A stretch of DNA of 64,000 bases from the human T2T-CHM13v2.0 reference genome, Homo sapiens. The position numbers and the translations under genes were made by a program. Where the stretch lies: the NCBI RefSeq assembly GCF_009914755.1, contig NC_060925.1; one strand, written 5' to 3'. Each line of letters begins with the position of its first letter. The first letter of the stretch is position 1. The notes below the pieces were generated by a model. It did not search any database, had not been told where the DNA came from, and was given only the letters and a program-made list of their open reading frames with translations. Of the stretch, positions 1 to 18,224 are shown piece after piece.

Positions 1-439
1 GTTTCACTTTAATCTTTGGCATCTCTTTTCTCTCCCATGCAGCTTTTTAAACTGTTCTTGTTCACAGCAAAGGTTTGAGGCAAGGTATGAGAGATAGCTC
101 AATGAGATTTCATTCTTCTTTTTTTTAAAACTTAGTTAATTTGAAGTTTGGGTGTCCTTGGTTTTCTGGTTATGCAGGGGGTGTCATTTTTACGCATTTT
201 AATTTTTCTTCTTGTTCTCTATCATATGTAGGATATTTTGGGAGGGGGCACAGACTTAGGCAGATATCGTTATCTGTCTAGAAATTTCTCCCGATTTTTA
301 TAACCATAGCTAAGAAACAGTCTCTCCAATGAGAGAAATATTAACATAATATGGAAATTAATGATGGTTAATTTCATTAATATGGAAATATTAACATCAA
401 GTGTTCATATTCCTATCATGAGGAACTTTATCTATGATG

Positions 440-925
440 AGAGCAGAAGCAGACCTACTGAGAAAAAAGTAGAGAAAAAAGACAGACAGAGAGAATGCTA
501 TTTGAATTCCTGGTTCCACTTGTTCCTGAAGTCCACCTTTACTCCGCCCTTCCCAATAGTTTGGCTGTTCCAATTTATCGTGAAACCTATGAGTCAAATT
601 CTCCACATTATGCTCAACCTAAGGCATAATGCTCCTGGGTGGGCATTATAACTGACAGCTCTGGAATCAGGCTACTTGGATTTAAATCCTGACTCTTAAA
701 CACACATCCTGAGTAAGTTTCCTATAAACCTTTGGTACTTCAGTTTTTGTATATATAAAATAAGGATGATAAGAGTACCTACTAATAAAATTGTCATTAG
801 AATTTGACTAGATATGTGAAGCCCTTAGCACAACACAAATATATATATATATATATATATATAGTTAATAAACATTAGTTATTATCAGTTCTAGTGGTAG
901 CTCAAATTGGATTTCTATCACAACT
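440..925 (+). mobile_element. Degraded MaLR LTR (MLT1J/K-like) 3' part, apparently interrupted by a MIR
   Basis: Remnants 'tttgaattcctggttccacttgttcctgaag', 'tatgagtcaaattc...tgctcaaccta' and 'ttggatttctatcacaac' resemble the recalled MLT1 3' end; highly diverged. Confidence 0.35.
655..885 (+). mobile_element. MIR SINE containing an (AT)n microsatellite at 839-862
   Basis: 'ctctggaatcaggctacttggatttaaatcctgactct...cttcagttttt...taaaataaggatgataagagtacctac...aataaacattagttattat' follows the MIR consensus. Confidence 0.75.
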
Positions 926-987
926 CTAAATGTTCACTAATCATCTATAGACTTTTGTCTTAGAATTACACTGTTGAGATTAAAAAT

Positions 988-1039
988 GTATGTGTGCGTG
1001 TGTGTGTGTGTATATATATATATTTATATATATATATAT
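988..1039. repeat. Compound (TG)n/(TA)n microsatellite
   Basis: Read directly from the sequence. Confidence 0.9.
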
Positions 1040-2807
1040 GAGGAAGGTGGTTCAATTCACTAGCCATCTGCTGAAGTATGAGCAGGCGTATTTAAACCTC
1101 CACATTACCGAGGAATATTCAGAAGGGGCTGGAACATAGAAAGCCAAACTTCATCCCACACTGTCTGCACCAAGTTTTTTCACCCTCTCCCCCCATGGGG
1201 TTATTCCAGACTGATAAAATCAGACACGGAAAAATGCATTTTTGGGGGAGTCTTTTGCCTGTTCAGTTGTGACAGATAATCCTAGGATAAAACGTACCCC
1301 TACAGAGCGGGGAGCTTTCCACTGTGGGGGTTCAAAGAAGATGATTCTTCCTGGAAAAGGGAGAAGAGAATGAACTTCATGACAAAGAAACAAAACTGGA
1401 AACTGAGAAGTATTCATGATGAAACTATCTTATATAAGACATAACTTTAACTAACCTATAAGAGACTTTAACTTTTAAAGTTTTCTTCCTGGATTCTGGG
1501 CAAGATGGCTGAATAGGAACAGTTCCAGTCTGCAGCAACCAGTGAAACCAATGCAGAAGGCGGGTGATTTCTGCATTTCTAACTGAGGTACCCAGCTCAT
1601 TTCATTGGGGCTGCTTAGACAGTGGGTACAGCCCACCGAGGGCAAGCAGAAGCAGGGTGGGGCATTCCTCACCCAGGAAGTGCAAGAGGTCAGGGAACTC
1701 CCTCCCCTAGCCAAGGGAAGCCTTGAGGGACTGTGCCACGAGGGACGGTGCTATCCGGCCCAGATACTATGTTTTTCCCACTATCTTCGCAACCCAAAGA
1801 ACAGGAGATTCCATCTGGTGCCTACACCACCAGGGCCCTGGGTTTCAAGCACAAAACTGGGTGGCCATTTGGGCAGACACTGAGTTAGCTGCAGAAGTTT
1901 TTTTTCCGTACCCCAGTGGTTCCTGGAACACCAGCGAGACGGAAACATTCACTCTCCTGGAAAGGGGGCTGAAGCCAGGAAGCCGAGTGGTCTTGCTCAT
2001 CAGATCCCCTGCCCATGGAGCCCCATAAGCTAAGATCCACTGGCTTGAAATTCTCCTTGCCAGCACAGCAGTCTGAAGTCGACCTGGGATGCTCCAGCTT
2101 GGTGGGGGAGGGAGGCTTGAGTAGGCAGTTTTCCCCTCACAGTATAAACAAAGCCTCCAGGAAGTTCGGACTGGGTGGAGCCCACCACAGCTCAGCAAAG
2201 CCCCTGTAACCACACTTCCTCTCTAGATTCCTCCTGTCTGTGGAGGGCATCCTCTGAAAGAAAGGCAGCCCCCAAAGTCAGGGGCTTATAGATAAAACTC
2301 CCATCTCCCTGGGACAGAGCACCTGGGGGAAGGTGCAGCTGTGGACGCAGCTTCAGCAGACTTAAAGCTTCCTGCCTGCTGGCTCTGAAGAGAGTGGTAG
2401 ATCTCTCAGCACAGCGTTTGAGCTCTGCTAAGGGACAGACTGCCTCCTCAAGTGGGTCCCTGACCCCTGTGCCTCCTGAGTGGGAGACACCTCCCAGCAG
2501 GGGTCGACAGACACCTCTTACTGGAGAGCTCCGGCTGGCATCTGGTGGGTGCCCCTCTGGGACGAAGCTTCCAGAGAAAGGAACAGGCAGCAATCTTTGC
2601 TCTTCTGCAGCATCCACTGGTGATACCCAGGCAAACAGAATCTGGAGTAGACCTCCAGCCAGACCTGCAGCAGAGAGGCCTGACTGTGAGAAAGAAAACT
2701 AACAAACAGAAAGGAATAGCGTCAACATCAACGAAAAGGACGTCCACACAAAAACCCCATTCAAAGATCACCAACATCAAAGATCAAAGGTAGATAAATC
2801 CACAAAG

Positions 2808-3830
2808 ATGAGGAAAAACCAGCACAAAAAGGCTGAAAATACCAAAAACCAGAATGCCTCTCATCCTCCAAAGGATCACAACTCCTTGCCAGCAAGGGAA
2901 CAAAACTGGAAAGAGAATGAGTTTGACGAATTGACAGAAGTAGGCTTCAGAAGGTGGGTAATAAAAAACTCCTGCGAACTAAAGAAGTATGTTATAACCA
3001 AATGCAAGGAAGCTAAGAAACTTTTAAAAAGTTAGAGGAATTGCTAACAAGAATAACCAGTTTTGAGAAGAACATAAACGACCTGATAAAGCTGAAAAAC
3101 ACAGCACGAGAACTTCATGAAGCATACACAAGTATCAACAGCCAAATAGATCAAACAGAAGAAAGGATATCAGAGATTGAAGATCAACTTAATGAAATAA
3201 AGCATGAACACAAGATTAGAGAAAAAAGAATGAAAAGGAACAAACAAAGACTCCAACAAATATGAAACTACGTGAAAAGACCAAACCTACATTTGATTGG
3301 TGTACCTGAAAGTGACAGGGAGAATGGAACCAAGTTCAAAACCACACTTCAGGATATTATCCAGGAGAACTTCCCCAAACTAGCAACACAGGCCAACATT
3401 CAAATTCAGGAAATACAGACAATACCACTAAGATACTCCACGAGAAGAGCAACCCCAAGACAAATAATTATCAGATCCCCAAGGCAGAAATGAAGGAAAA
3501 AATGTTAAGGGCAGTCAGAGAGAAAGGTCAGGTTACCCACAAAGGGAAGCCCATCAGACTAACAGTGGATCTCTCTGCAGAAACTCTAGAAACCAGAAGA
3601 GAGTGGGGGCCAATATTCAACATTCTTAAAGAAAAGAATTTTCAACCAGAATTTCATATCCAGCCAAACTAAGCTTCATAAGCAAAGGAGAAACAAAATC
3701 CTTTACAAACAAGCAAATGCTGAGAGATTTTATCACCACCAGGCCTGCCTTCCAAGAGCTCCTGAAGGAAGGACTAAATACGGAAAGGAAAAGCCAGTAC
3801 CAGCCACTGCAAAAACATACCAAATTGTAA
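2808..3830 (+). pseudogene. L1 ORF1p remnant (RNA-binding chaperone), broken by stops and frameshifts
   Basis: ORF fragments MRKNQHKKAEN..., ...KRPNLHLIGVPESD..., MKEKMLRAVREKGQVTHKGKPIRLT... match ORF1p; split over several short ORFs. Confidence 0.95.
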
Positions 3831-3860
3831 AGACCATCAACACTGTGAAGAAACTGCATA

Positions 3861-7991
<4,131 letters not shown>

Positions 7992-8577
7992 ACAGTGAGA
8001 ACAGATGGGCACAGGGAGGGGAACATCACACATCAGGGCCTGTCGAGGGGTGGGGGGCAAGGGGAGGGATTGCATTAGGAGAAGTACCTAGTGTAGATGA
8101 TGGGTTGATTGGTGAAGCAAACCACCATGGCACATGTATACCTATGTAACAAACCTGCACATTCTGCACATGTATCCCAGAACTTAAAGTATAATTTTTT
8201 TAAAAAAAAGAAAGAAAAAATAAAGTTTTCTTCCTTTTAATTTGTAGAGCCAGACTGATCACCTATTTTTAAGGTTTCTCTTCCTAATTGTCATTCCTCC
8301 CTATTATCTGCAAACATCTAATAAAGGCTACCACACATATATATATATATTTCCTTTCGTATGGCTGCATAGTGGGAAACCAAGCAACAGTACAGGTAAG
8401 TGTGCCCTTGGCATTGCCCTCCACAGCAACAGAACTTGAAGGAAGAAAAGTTATCCTGAATTCTAGGTGGCAATAAGCAGAAAGAGCAGCAGGGGCCCAA
8501 GGTAAGGCTGGGAACAAGACAGAGCTGAGAAGAAGTGCAGAGAAGCAACTGCCACATGAACAAAGAAGCCAGCCCTC

Positions 8578-8662
8578 CGGAGCTTGCAGTGAGCCGGGAT
8601 AGCGCCACTGCAGTCCAGCTTGGGAGAAAGAGTGAGACTCCGTCTCAAAAAAAAAAAAAAAA
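8578..8662 (+). mobile_element. Severely 5'-truncated AluY-family copy (about 68 bp + polyA)
   Basis: 'cggagcttgcagtgagccgggatagcgccactgcagtccagc...gactccgtctc(A)n'; 16-bp TSD aaagaagccagccctc (8562-8577) / aaagaagccggccctc (8663-8678). Confidence 0.93.
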
Positions 8663-9849
8663 AAAGAAGCCGGCCCTCATTCCCAAAGCTAGAGGAAGGG
8701 GACTCATGAGAAGAGGGAAAGGAGAAGAGCTATCACTTGGCTTACAAGCATTTGTCATCATCTGTATCATCTGGCCTTAAACAAATGTGTTATAAAAGGG
8801 TCACTGTCATATCTATTCAGTTTTAATTTGGCTGCTAACACCCAGCATACTTGAACTAGAAAAACACTCAGAAAAAAAAAAAAAAAAAAGCAAATTTTTG
8901 TTTCAATAGTGAATTTTCATTTTATTTTCATTTTACCTTTAATCTTAAATGTTCTTGCCTATTAAGCTGGAAAGCCTTTATTCATTTTATACTGAGCCAC
9001 AGAACAAGATTTTCATATTTATTTGCAAGATAAAAAAGTCACCACATACCCTACACTTGTTAAGAGCTCTTTAAATACACAGGAAGTCAAAGGGAAACAG
9101 AAGTGCTCCCACAGGATGCTGTCCCCAAAGGGAACAGGCTCTGAAAAATAATTCTTGCCAAATCAGGATGTTGCTGGAAATAAACATATAATAGAGAAGA
9201 TTTTTTAAGATGCATCTAATGTCACCATTAGGCAGCATCAGCTAAATGTGTTTCAGCAAATATATGAATCTACCCACTTAGAAAAATTTGTGATCGATTC
9301 AGTATAGCGCCTTGTTTATATTTGAGAAAATACAGTAACTGATGCTATTTTACGAGTTTGCTGATTTTTTTTAAAAAGTTTTTCAAGAGTTTCAGGTTTT
9401 ACTAGATACAATAAAATGGAAACATAATTCTCAATTTCAAGTACAATACAGTGAGATTGCTTTTAATCTGTAATCCTCATTGAGGCAGAACTGATTCCTG
9501 GAAAGGCTATGTTCAGAGGTACAATTAAGTTATCATACCTCCAACTAAGGATTCTGGTGCTAAGCAACTGAGGCCAGAGGAATGACTACTAGAAGTTTGA
9601 ATTGTTTATTAAAATGGAACTAAGACTGTACCTATACCTTTAATAAACGTTTTCAATGGGACTATATATTTTTCCCTTATGAGGATGATGAAATTCCCTT
9701 TTTAGTTTCCCTGTTCCTCTCTATGCATAATTCTCAACCTTCCAAAAAAATAATTTGAAGACTCAGGTATGTTCCTAAAGGACTCTTCAAAGTCTTAAGT
9801 ATTTTTAAAAGAAAATGAGTCTCCAATTAAGGAAGACAAAGTCATTGCA

Positions 9850-11100
9850 TACAAAAATTTGTAAAATAGAAAAGGAATAAAAACCACCTCAAATCTAGCC
9901 ACTGAAAAACAAACACAGTTAACATTTTGGCAAGCTTCCTTCCAGGCTTACATATATAATCTTAATAAAACTGGGGATCATGGTTTACATACTGTTTTAT
10001 TAGATACTTTTCATTAATTGTGAGGATTTATTTCATTCCATTTTTCTTCTAAAATATTTAAATGGCTGCAGAGTTCTCCATTTTATGAAGTTCTGAAAAC
10101 TCATTTAACCAACTTTCTTCTATTGAATGGTTGTTAGTTTTTATTCCAAATTATTAAATTAACATTATGTATATCAACTGGTATCTTAAGTATGTAAGAC
10201 TCTCTGAATATTTATTTTTATTAATGTCTTAAAAGTATATTTACTAGGTCAAAGACCATAAACAATTTTAAGATTTTAGATAGACCATGACAAATCCTAA
10301 CCAAAAATGGTTTATCAGCAACCACTCTATCTAAAAGAGTGCATTTCACCAGGCAAATGCTATTCAAAGGATAGGATCACCAACATTTCACACCACCTTT
10401 ATCAATTCTCAGTATTTTCATAGGAAAGAAAAGATTTGCCTATCTAATAGACAAAAATGAAGGCTTGTAGGTTTTTTTTTTAATTTGTATTGATTTTTGC
10501 CATCATTTCCAACAGGTTTGAAAGCATGTTTACTGGTCACTCATATTAATAAGTGTATGCAAGTATGTGCACATGGATGTGGGTGAAAACTGTTTTTTGA
10601 GCATTCTTCTTTTGAGTTTTCCATTTATGTATTGATCTAGGAGAGCAGCAGTTAAGAGCTCGTGCTCTGGAATCCGACCCCATGGGTTCAAAATCCCTTC
10701 TCTACCACTTATTAGTCATGTGGCTATGGCAAGTTACCTAACCATCATCTGTGAAACCAAGATAATAACAGAATGGAGCTGGGAATATTAAATGCAATCA
10801 TCTATGCTGCAACATAGGAGACAAGTGTTTTCCATTGTAATCCATTATTTACCCTTTATGGAGAATAAAACTTTCAACACTATATTTTCCATAAATAATA
10901 TGTGTTTTGTCAGAGTTTGCCATATGTGCCTTTTACTTGGGGGTACTTTTTGAGATACACAAGTTTTCCATTTTCATAAATGAAAATGTATCACCTTCTG
11001 TACAAGTTCTTGTTTCTATACTCAGAAAGATCCTCCCCCATCCCTCAAGAACCAAAAAAAAAAAATTCATTTATAGTGCTGCAAGTTCTTTTAATGTCTT
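9850..11100 (-). mobile_element. Ancient L1M (L1ME-like) 3' fragment, antisense
   Basis: Diverged motifs typical of antisense L1ME 3' ends ('gttaacattttggc', 'ttaaatggctgcagagttctcca', 'tactaggtcaaag', 'ttttaatttgtatt'); boundaries approximate. Confidence 0.55.
10645..10840 (+). mobile_element. MIR SINE
   Basis: 'gcagttaagagctcgtgctctggaatccgac...gggttcaaaatccc...ccacttattag...ggcaagttacctaacc...catctgtgaaa'. Confidence 0.8.
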
Positions 11101-11420
11101 TAAAAAAAAAAGTTATTTTTGATGACAAAGCAGGACACAGAAAGACCATCACAGAAAGAGAAAAGCCAGAGAAACAAAAATAGATCAAAAGAGAACCCAG
11201 ATCAATGAAGGTTATCCAACATTCTATTTCCTAAACACAATCCTATATTAGGGCTAATTTGACAATGTCCTTAAGTAAACCAAGAAACAGTATTTTAACT
11301 CCTTTATAAGAGGTAACTAAAGAATATTCCACAGACAACTTATTTATGAGCTAACTTTCTATGTGTTTAACAGCCACTCTTTCAGATCTGAACCCCCTGT
11401 GTATGCCGATTAGGTTGTCA

Positions 11421-11810
<390 letters not shown>

Positions 11811-12029
11811 CTAGGTTAACAGACATAAGCCGACACCACCCTGGGCAAACAGATACATATTTACCTTATTACTACCTTGCTGAAGATCTTCACCTTAAAA
11901 TCTTTTAACAAATGGCTTCAACAAAAAACAATTCCCTTGTTTTCCACAAATTTTGCAATCTTATGATTATGTTGATGGAATCTAATATATTAGATAACTT
12001 CATTCACTGACTCCATGTGTTCATCTACC

Positions 12030-12205
12030 ATTTATTTCTCATGCTTCTGCAATCTCATCTCCTGCTACTTCCACTCTACTGAAATTGTTTAACAGTGCTC
12101 TAGATGTTGCTAAATCTAATGACATTTCTCTGCAATTTTCCTGCTCGACCACTTTTGCAGTATGTCATAATGACCTCCCTGACCTTGAGACTATCTTTCC
12201 CTGCC
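12030..12205 (+). mobile_element. L2 LINE fragment
   Basis: 'ccactctactgaaattg...atgttgctaaatctaatgacatttctc...ctcgacc...tgcagtat...ccttgagactatct' resembles L2 ORF2. Confidence 0.55.
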
Positions 12206-12299
12206 ATAGTGAATCACGAATATGATGGGAGGGTCTCTTCTCTCAGGTATGTGAAGGTGAAAAAGGTTGAGAACTGCTGAAAAATGATGTGAAAGCATA

Positions 12300-12710
12300 A
12301 CAGTAACTGCTGTAACAAACCCTAAAATTCTGTATTTTAACATGCTAAAGTTTAATTTCATTCACATAATAATCCCACAATGGTGTTCCTGCTTAGCAGA
12401 TGACTTTCCCCTACATAGCGACCGAGCATCCATCCCTTTGTGCCTTTGCCATCTTCTAAAGCCAAAACCTCTGTACTCAGTTGGTGTTTAGAGAAAACAC
12501 ACAAAAACAAAAGCATGGAAGATAGCACATCGAATGTTTTTATGGGCCAGGTCTGGGAATGGTACACATTACTGCTGCACACAATCCACTGGCTAAAACT
12601 TGGTCACATGGCTAAGTCTAACTGCAAGGAGGCTTGGAAATATAATCTGCCTATGTACCCCAAAACAAGAAGAAATGGGTTTGGTGAACAGCATTCTACT
12701 GTCTGTCACA
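12300..12710 (-). mobile_element. MaLR LTR (MLT1J/K-like)
   Basis: 'ctgctgtaacaaac...tccactggctaaaacttggtcacatggct...aactgcaaggaggcttggaaatataatct...tttggtgaacagc...tgtcaca'. Confidence 0.7.
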
Positions 12711-12746
12711 AAAAAGGCTCTTCAAGAAATCTCTGGTATTTAACTC

Positions 12747-13052
12747 TATTTATTTTATTTTATTTTTTTGAGACAGAGTCTTGCTCTGTCACCCAGGCTA
12801 AAGTGCAGTGGCACAATCATGGCTCACTGCGGCCTCAACTTCCTGGATTCAAGCGATCCTCCCACCTCAGCCTCCTGAGTAGCTGCAACTACAGCTGCAT
12901 GCCACCATGCACAGATAATTTTTGTATTTTTTTGTAGAGATGTGGTTTTGCCATGTTGCCCAGGCTGGTCTCTAGCTCCTGAGCTCAAGGGATCAACAGG
13001 ACTGGGCCTCCCAAAGTGCTAAGATTACAGGTGTGAGCCACCCCACCAGGCC
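12747..13052 (-). mobile_element. AluJ
   Basis: Antisense dimer with AluJ features ('catggctcactgcggcctcaacttcctgg', 'tgttgcccaggctgg'). Confidence 0.93.
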
Positions 13053-14198
13053 TGTTAACTTCATTTATATGTTAAATTTGTTAAGAGCAGGGGCAGGAAT
13101 TGTGTAACAACTGGAGCTTACCCCAAATCTATGAGTTTCAAACATGACTGATGTCCTTGTTAGGACTGGTAGGGTGACCCACAATAAATCTAATAGTATG
13201 AGGACTACAAAACCTAATGAAAAAAAATTCAGCCTAATAACAAAGCAGCCAGGGGGAATAAAAGAGGACTCAAAGGCAAGATACAGGAAGATGTCTCACA
13301 GCTCTTCCTTTGTGTCAACTCTAGAAAAATACCTGCTGAGTCCAGAGAAAGGAAAATGTGTGGAGAAAGCTGAGAGCACAGGCTCCTTCCACTTCTACCC
13401 AGAAAACAGTGCAGTGCTTGAGGTCCAAAGGCTTCACTACCATTGGTGCCCAACAGTCTTCCCTCACAGAAGCTGCAGAGGCAGCTAGGAAGCAACAGAA
13501 GCACAGCTGGGCATGTTCTGAGTAGGAGACCACCCCATGCACACTCATAAGCAAGCTCACAAATGACACTGTGACACAGGTGGAGTGGGTGAGAAGCAAG
13601 ATGAGAGAAAAGCCTATGGTCAGCAGCAGGACTACTCAAAAGCCGACATGAAATCTGGGATTCCCAAATACAAGGAGAGACACTGAAGGAAGGTGATGGT
13701 ACTGATGGCAGTCACAGAAATGTGATTAATTACGGTTTACATCATTCCAGTGAAATATCCCACATTGCTATGTTCCTGAAAACTGCTTACATTTATAATA
13801 TTCTTAGTAGTTGGGAGCTATTGAGTAGAGGATATTGCATTATTCTGTAAATTTTTACATAGCAATTTTCTGATTTGAGCCAAAGTCAAACCAGAATATA
13901 ACATTTTTTATGAGTAGATAGCTGAAATTTCTATCCAATATGCTGATTTACTGATCAAAAGACACATGAAATTTTAAATGGTACTTTTCCCCCAGGACCG
14001 AAATATTAAAAAAAAAATCAACATTACTGTTATAATAGTTAATTTAAATTGCCTATCAAAGTTATGATAACTAATTGATAGCACTTTATTTTGTTCTCAA
14101 GTTTAATTCTCTTGTTTAGTAACCAGCTTCTCGAAAATTGGCTGAAACCTATCTAATAGAGCAAATATGAGATTTTTGTTTTTTACTACAAAAATCTA

Positions 14199-14499
<301 letters not shown>

Positions 14500-14918
14500 T
14501 GTGATGGTTAATACTGAATATCAATGTGATTGGATTGAAGGATGCAAAGTTTTCCTCATGGGTGTGTCTGTGAGGGTGTTGCCAAAGAAGGTTAACATTT
14601 GACTCAGTGGGCTGGGAAAGGCAGACCTACCCTTAATCTGGGTGGGCACCAACTAATCAGCTGCCAGCATGGCCAGGATATAAAGCAGGCAGAAAAACAC
14701 GAAAAGGCTACACTGGCTTAGCCTCTTGCCCACATCTTTCTCCCATGCTGGATGCTTCCTGCCCTCAAACATCAGACTCCAAGCTTTTCAGCTTTGGCAT
14801 TCAGACTAGCTTCCTTGCTCCTCAGCTTGCAGACAGCCTATTGTGGGACCTTGTGGTGGTGTGAATTAAAACTACCTAATAAATTCTCATATATATGATA
14901 TATATTCTATTCTTATTA
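14500..14918 (+). mobile_element. MLT2A (HERV-L) LTR, 3' terminus missing
   Basis: Begins 'tgtgatggttaatactga', contains 'gggtgtgtctgtgagggtgttgcc', TATA 'tataaa', 'cagcttgcagacagcctattgtgggacc' and aataaa. Confidence 0.9.
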
Positions 14919-15926
14919 AAAATCCTAAGTTAACTATAAATTTTGAACTTTGTTATAACTTTTTAGACTGTAGTAACATTTTCCATGACAATGAATGGTA
15001 CAGGTTTAGGAACAATGGAGGATATGAAACATGGAAAAAAATTCCATTTCAACTCTTTTCAATTTCTGTTTCACTGCCGTAGACCTTCTTGCGGGTATGT
15101 TCTTTTGGACAAATCTGGGCTTTGTATTTTTTTTCTGTAACAAAACTAAAAGCTTTTGTCATAAAATATTCAGAATGAATGCAGAATGAAAGGGGGGGAA
15201 GTTATCGACTGACTGTGCCTGATTCCTGTCTCAGAAAAAGAATTGTCAACTTTACCAAAAGACTTTGCTGGGCCTCTTAAAGGTTGAATGAAGAATGCTT
15301 CCTAGATTCCTTTTAGATCAGCTGGAGTTCGAGAGAGAAAAAATGTGGAAGAAAGGTATATGGACTACATGGGAAATTTTTCATTAAAAAGAGGATACAA
15401 ATGTTATATTATTTATAAGACCCAACTTTGGTGCAGATTTTATTTATGTAACAAGTAATATATAGTAACAACATAGGTAAAGAAAATGTTAATCCTGAAC
15501 AAACTACAACCACTCTGGCAATAATAAATGTAATAAAGAATATGCTTATACATTTTATACTTTTTGAGTTTAGGGAATTCTTTTCACTCTTAAGTGAGTT
15601 AACCACTCTTAAAGATATACCACCACCAGAATTTAAACTAAAGGAGGAAAATCCACTTAACTACAAGAAAATTTCCTTGCTTTCTTCCCATTTCTTTGCT
15701 ATTAGAGGGCTAAGATTAAAAATGTGATCTTCATTTTGAGATTAACATATTGACAGCACTGAAATTATACAAGATTTTCTAAAAACAGTTTCTTCTCTTC
15801 TAAACCTTCCTTCAAAACTATTGCTTTTGAAATTTTAACTATTATATTTCTTAGAACCAAAATCTAAGAAAAATTTAAGTCAGATACCATCTAAGAAAAT
15901 TTTAAAAAGGAGTGAAACTTCTAGAA

Positions 15927-16239
15927 CAGAGGTCCCCAACCCCCAGACCAGTACCAGTCTGGTACACAGCAGGAGGTGAGCAGTGCGTGAGTGAGCATTA
16001 CTGCCTGAGCTCTGCCTAGAGTCAGATCAGCAAGGGCATTCGATTCTCATAGAAGCATGAAGCCTACTGTGAACTGTGCAAGCGAGGGATCTAGGTTGTG
16101 CACTCCTTGTAAGAATCTAATGTCTGATGATCTGAAGTGGAACGGTTTCACCCCCAAACCATTCCCCCAGTACTCGGTCCATGGAAAAATTTTCTTCCAT
16201 GAAACCAGTCCCTGGTACCTAAAAGGTTGGGGACTGATG
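15927..16239 (+). mobile_element. MER1B-like hAT-Charlie non-autonomous DNA transposon
   Basis: TIRs cagaggtccccaacc / ggttggggactgatg; degenerate 8-bp TSD ttctagaa / ctctagat (hAT NTCTAGAN preference). Confidence 0.88.
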
Positions 16240-16548
16240 CTCTAGATGAGAGTATCCTGGAAGTGTGAGTCACAGCAAATATTTGGGTAAATGCTCCATA
16301 GAAATGAAATCCCATGGGCAAGAATATGACATCTCATTCTTCAAATGTTCTTGAAACTATACAGTTGTTTTAGGCAGGGATAAATCAGAATTCTAACATT
16401 TTTGACAAAGTGTAAATGGCTTAAATACTGTCTAAATAATTTGGGGTTTGGGTGTTTTTGTTTTCTCTTTTTTGTTGTTGTTTAGCCAGATAAAAATCTT
16501 AGCATTCAAGCAACTAAGACTCCAAAACTCTGAAAGATTCTTGAGGAG

Positions 16549-16848
16549 TTTTTTTTTTTTTTTTCATTTTTTGGTTTTTGGAGACAGAGTCTTGTTGTGT
16601 CACTCAGGCTGGAGTAGAGTGGCACCATCACAGCTCACTGCAACCTTGACCTCCTCCCACCTCAGCCTCCTGAATAGCTGGGACTACTGGTGCACACCAC
16701 CAAGCCCAGTTCATTATTTTATTTTTTGTAGAGATGAAACCTCACTATGTTACCCAGGCTGGTCTTGAACTCCTGGGGCTCCAGTGATTCTCCACCCTCT
16801 GTTTCCCAAAGTGCTAAGATTATAGACGTTGAGCCAGCACACCTAGCC
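16549..16848 (-). mobile_element. AluJ
   Basis: Antisense dimer after a polyT tract, with a small internal deletion in the right arm. Confidence 0.9.
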
Positions 16849-17229
16849 CCTTGAGACATTTCTTGATTAGAAAACATGCTTTAGGATCTATTTATCTAAA
16901 AGAGTACATTCCTTGTATTTAAACTCTGCATAAAAACATGGAATAATTCTCGATGATTGATTTAGTGCTTAGCTGATAATAGTCCTAAAATACTTGTAAA
17001 CTGTTTAACATTATACTACTTATTTAAATCTTAACAAAAATATTTACTGAGTCCCTTCCACACTGAATGCAAGCCAAGGCTTTTAAAAATCCCCTAAATT
17101 ACAGAAAACTAAAGCTTTATTCAAACTCAAAGAGGAGCAGTATAAATTCAATATAAATACATCAAAAATGATAATCACCTTTGGTAGATCATCAGAAAAT
17201 TAAATTCAAATCAAGATATTTATAAAACT

Positions 17230-17880
17230 GCTAAAGAAAACATTTTTCTTAGACTCATGAAGACATGACAACCAAAAGTAATGTCTGAACCTTTATTCAA
17301 TCATGTCAAATTCAAAGAAACTAGCTATAAAATCCATTGTGGAGAAAACTAGTAAAATTTGATATTTTAAATATCTGGATATTAAATAATACCAGGGAAG
17401 TATTATTCACTTTGTTATATGTGATAAAGATATTATGGTTATATAGAAAAATATCCTTATTTTGACGGCTGTACCATTTGAAGTATTTAGGGGACAAATG
17501 TCATGATGCCTATCTATATTTACTTTTAAATTGTTCAGCAAAAATAGCGGTATATAAGTATTTATAATAGATAGTAGATGAATCAAATATGGTCAAATGT
17601 TAGTTTTTGTTTTTGACAGGGAGTCTCACTCTATCACCCAGGCGAGAATGCAGTGGCATGATCTCGACTCACTGCAGCCTCCACATTCTTGACTCAAGCC
17701 ATCCTCCTACCTCAATCTTCCAAGTACCTGGGACTACACATGCATGGCACCACACCTGGCTAATTTTTGTATTTTTTTGTAGAGACAGAAATGATAATTT
17801 TTCAATAGTAGATATATGAGCGGTGATTGTAGTAGTTTTCTAGGTTTTATATGTTTGGTTATCTCTATAATAATTTAAGT
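17230..17880 (+). mobile_element. Ancient L1MC/L1ME 3'UTR fragment
   Basis: 'agacatgacaaccaaa', 'gatattatggttatatag', 'tgaagtatttagggg', 'aaatatggtcaaatgtta'; interrupted by an Alu monomer. Confidence 0.6.
17604..17788 (-). mobile_element. Alu right monomer (AluJ/FRAM-like)
   Basis: 'gtctcactctatcacccaggc...cctggctaatttttgtattttttgtagagac'. Confidence 0.85.
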
Positions 17881-18224
17881 TCTTGGGCTTTTAATTTAGC
17901 ATTTTCCAAATTACCACTGGGAACAAAGGCTTTAAGCTAGTTCATGAACTCATTTCTGTATTAACCTATTGGGTTTCTTTTTTACTTGACTTCAGGGCTG
18001 CTGAGAGATCACTGTAATCCTCAAACCACTTGGTATGATGATAGTGTCCCTTTCTTTAAATGGCTTCTATTCTCTCCTTCGATTTTAAATTTCTTAACCT
18101 TTAACTGTGCTGTTTCATATGTGTTATCCTAATCAGACATTTCAAATTACCCACAGAAGTTAGAAAGAAATAATCAAAAAAGAAAGAACTGAGGAGACGA
18201 CGTTTATTTCATTTTAAGAAGAGA

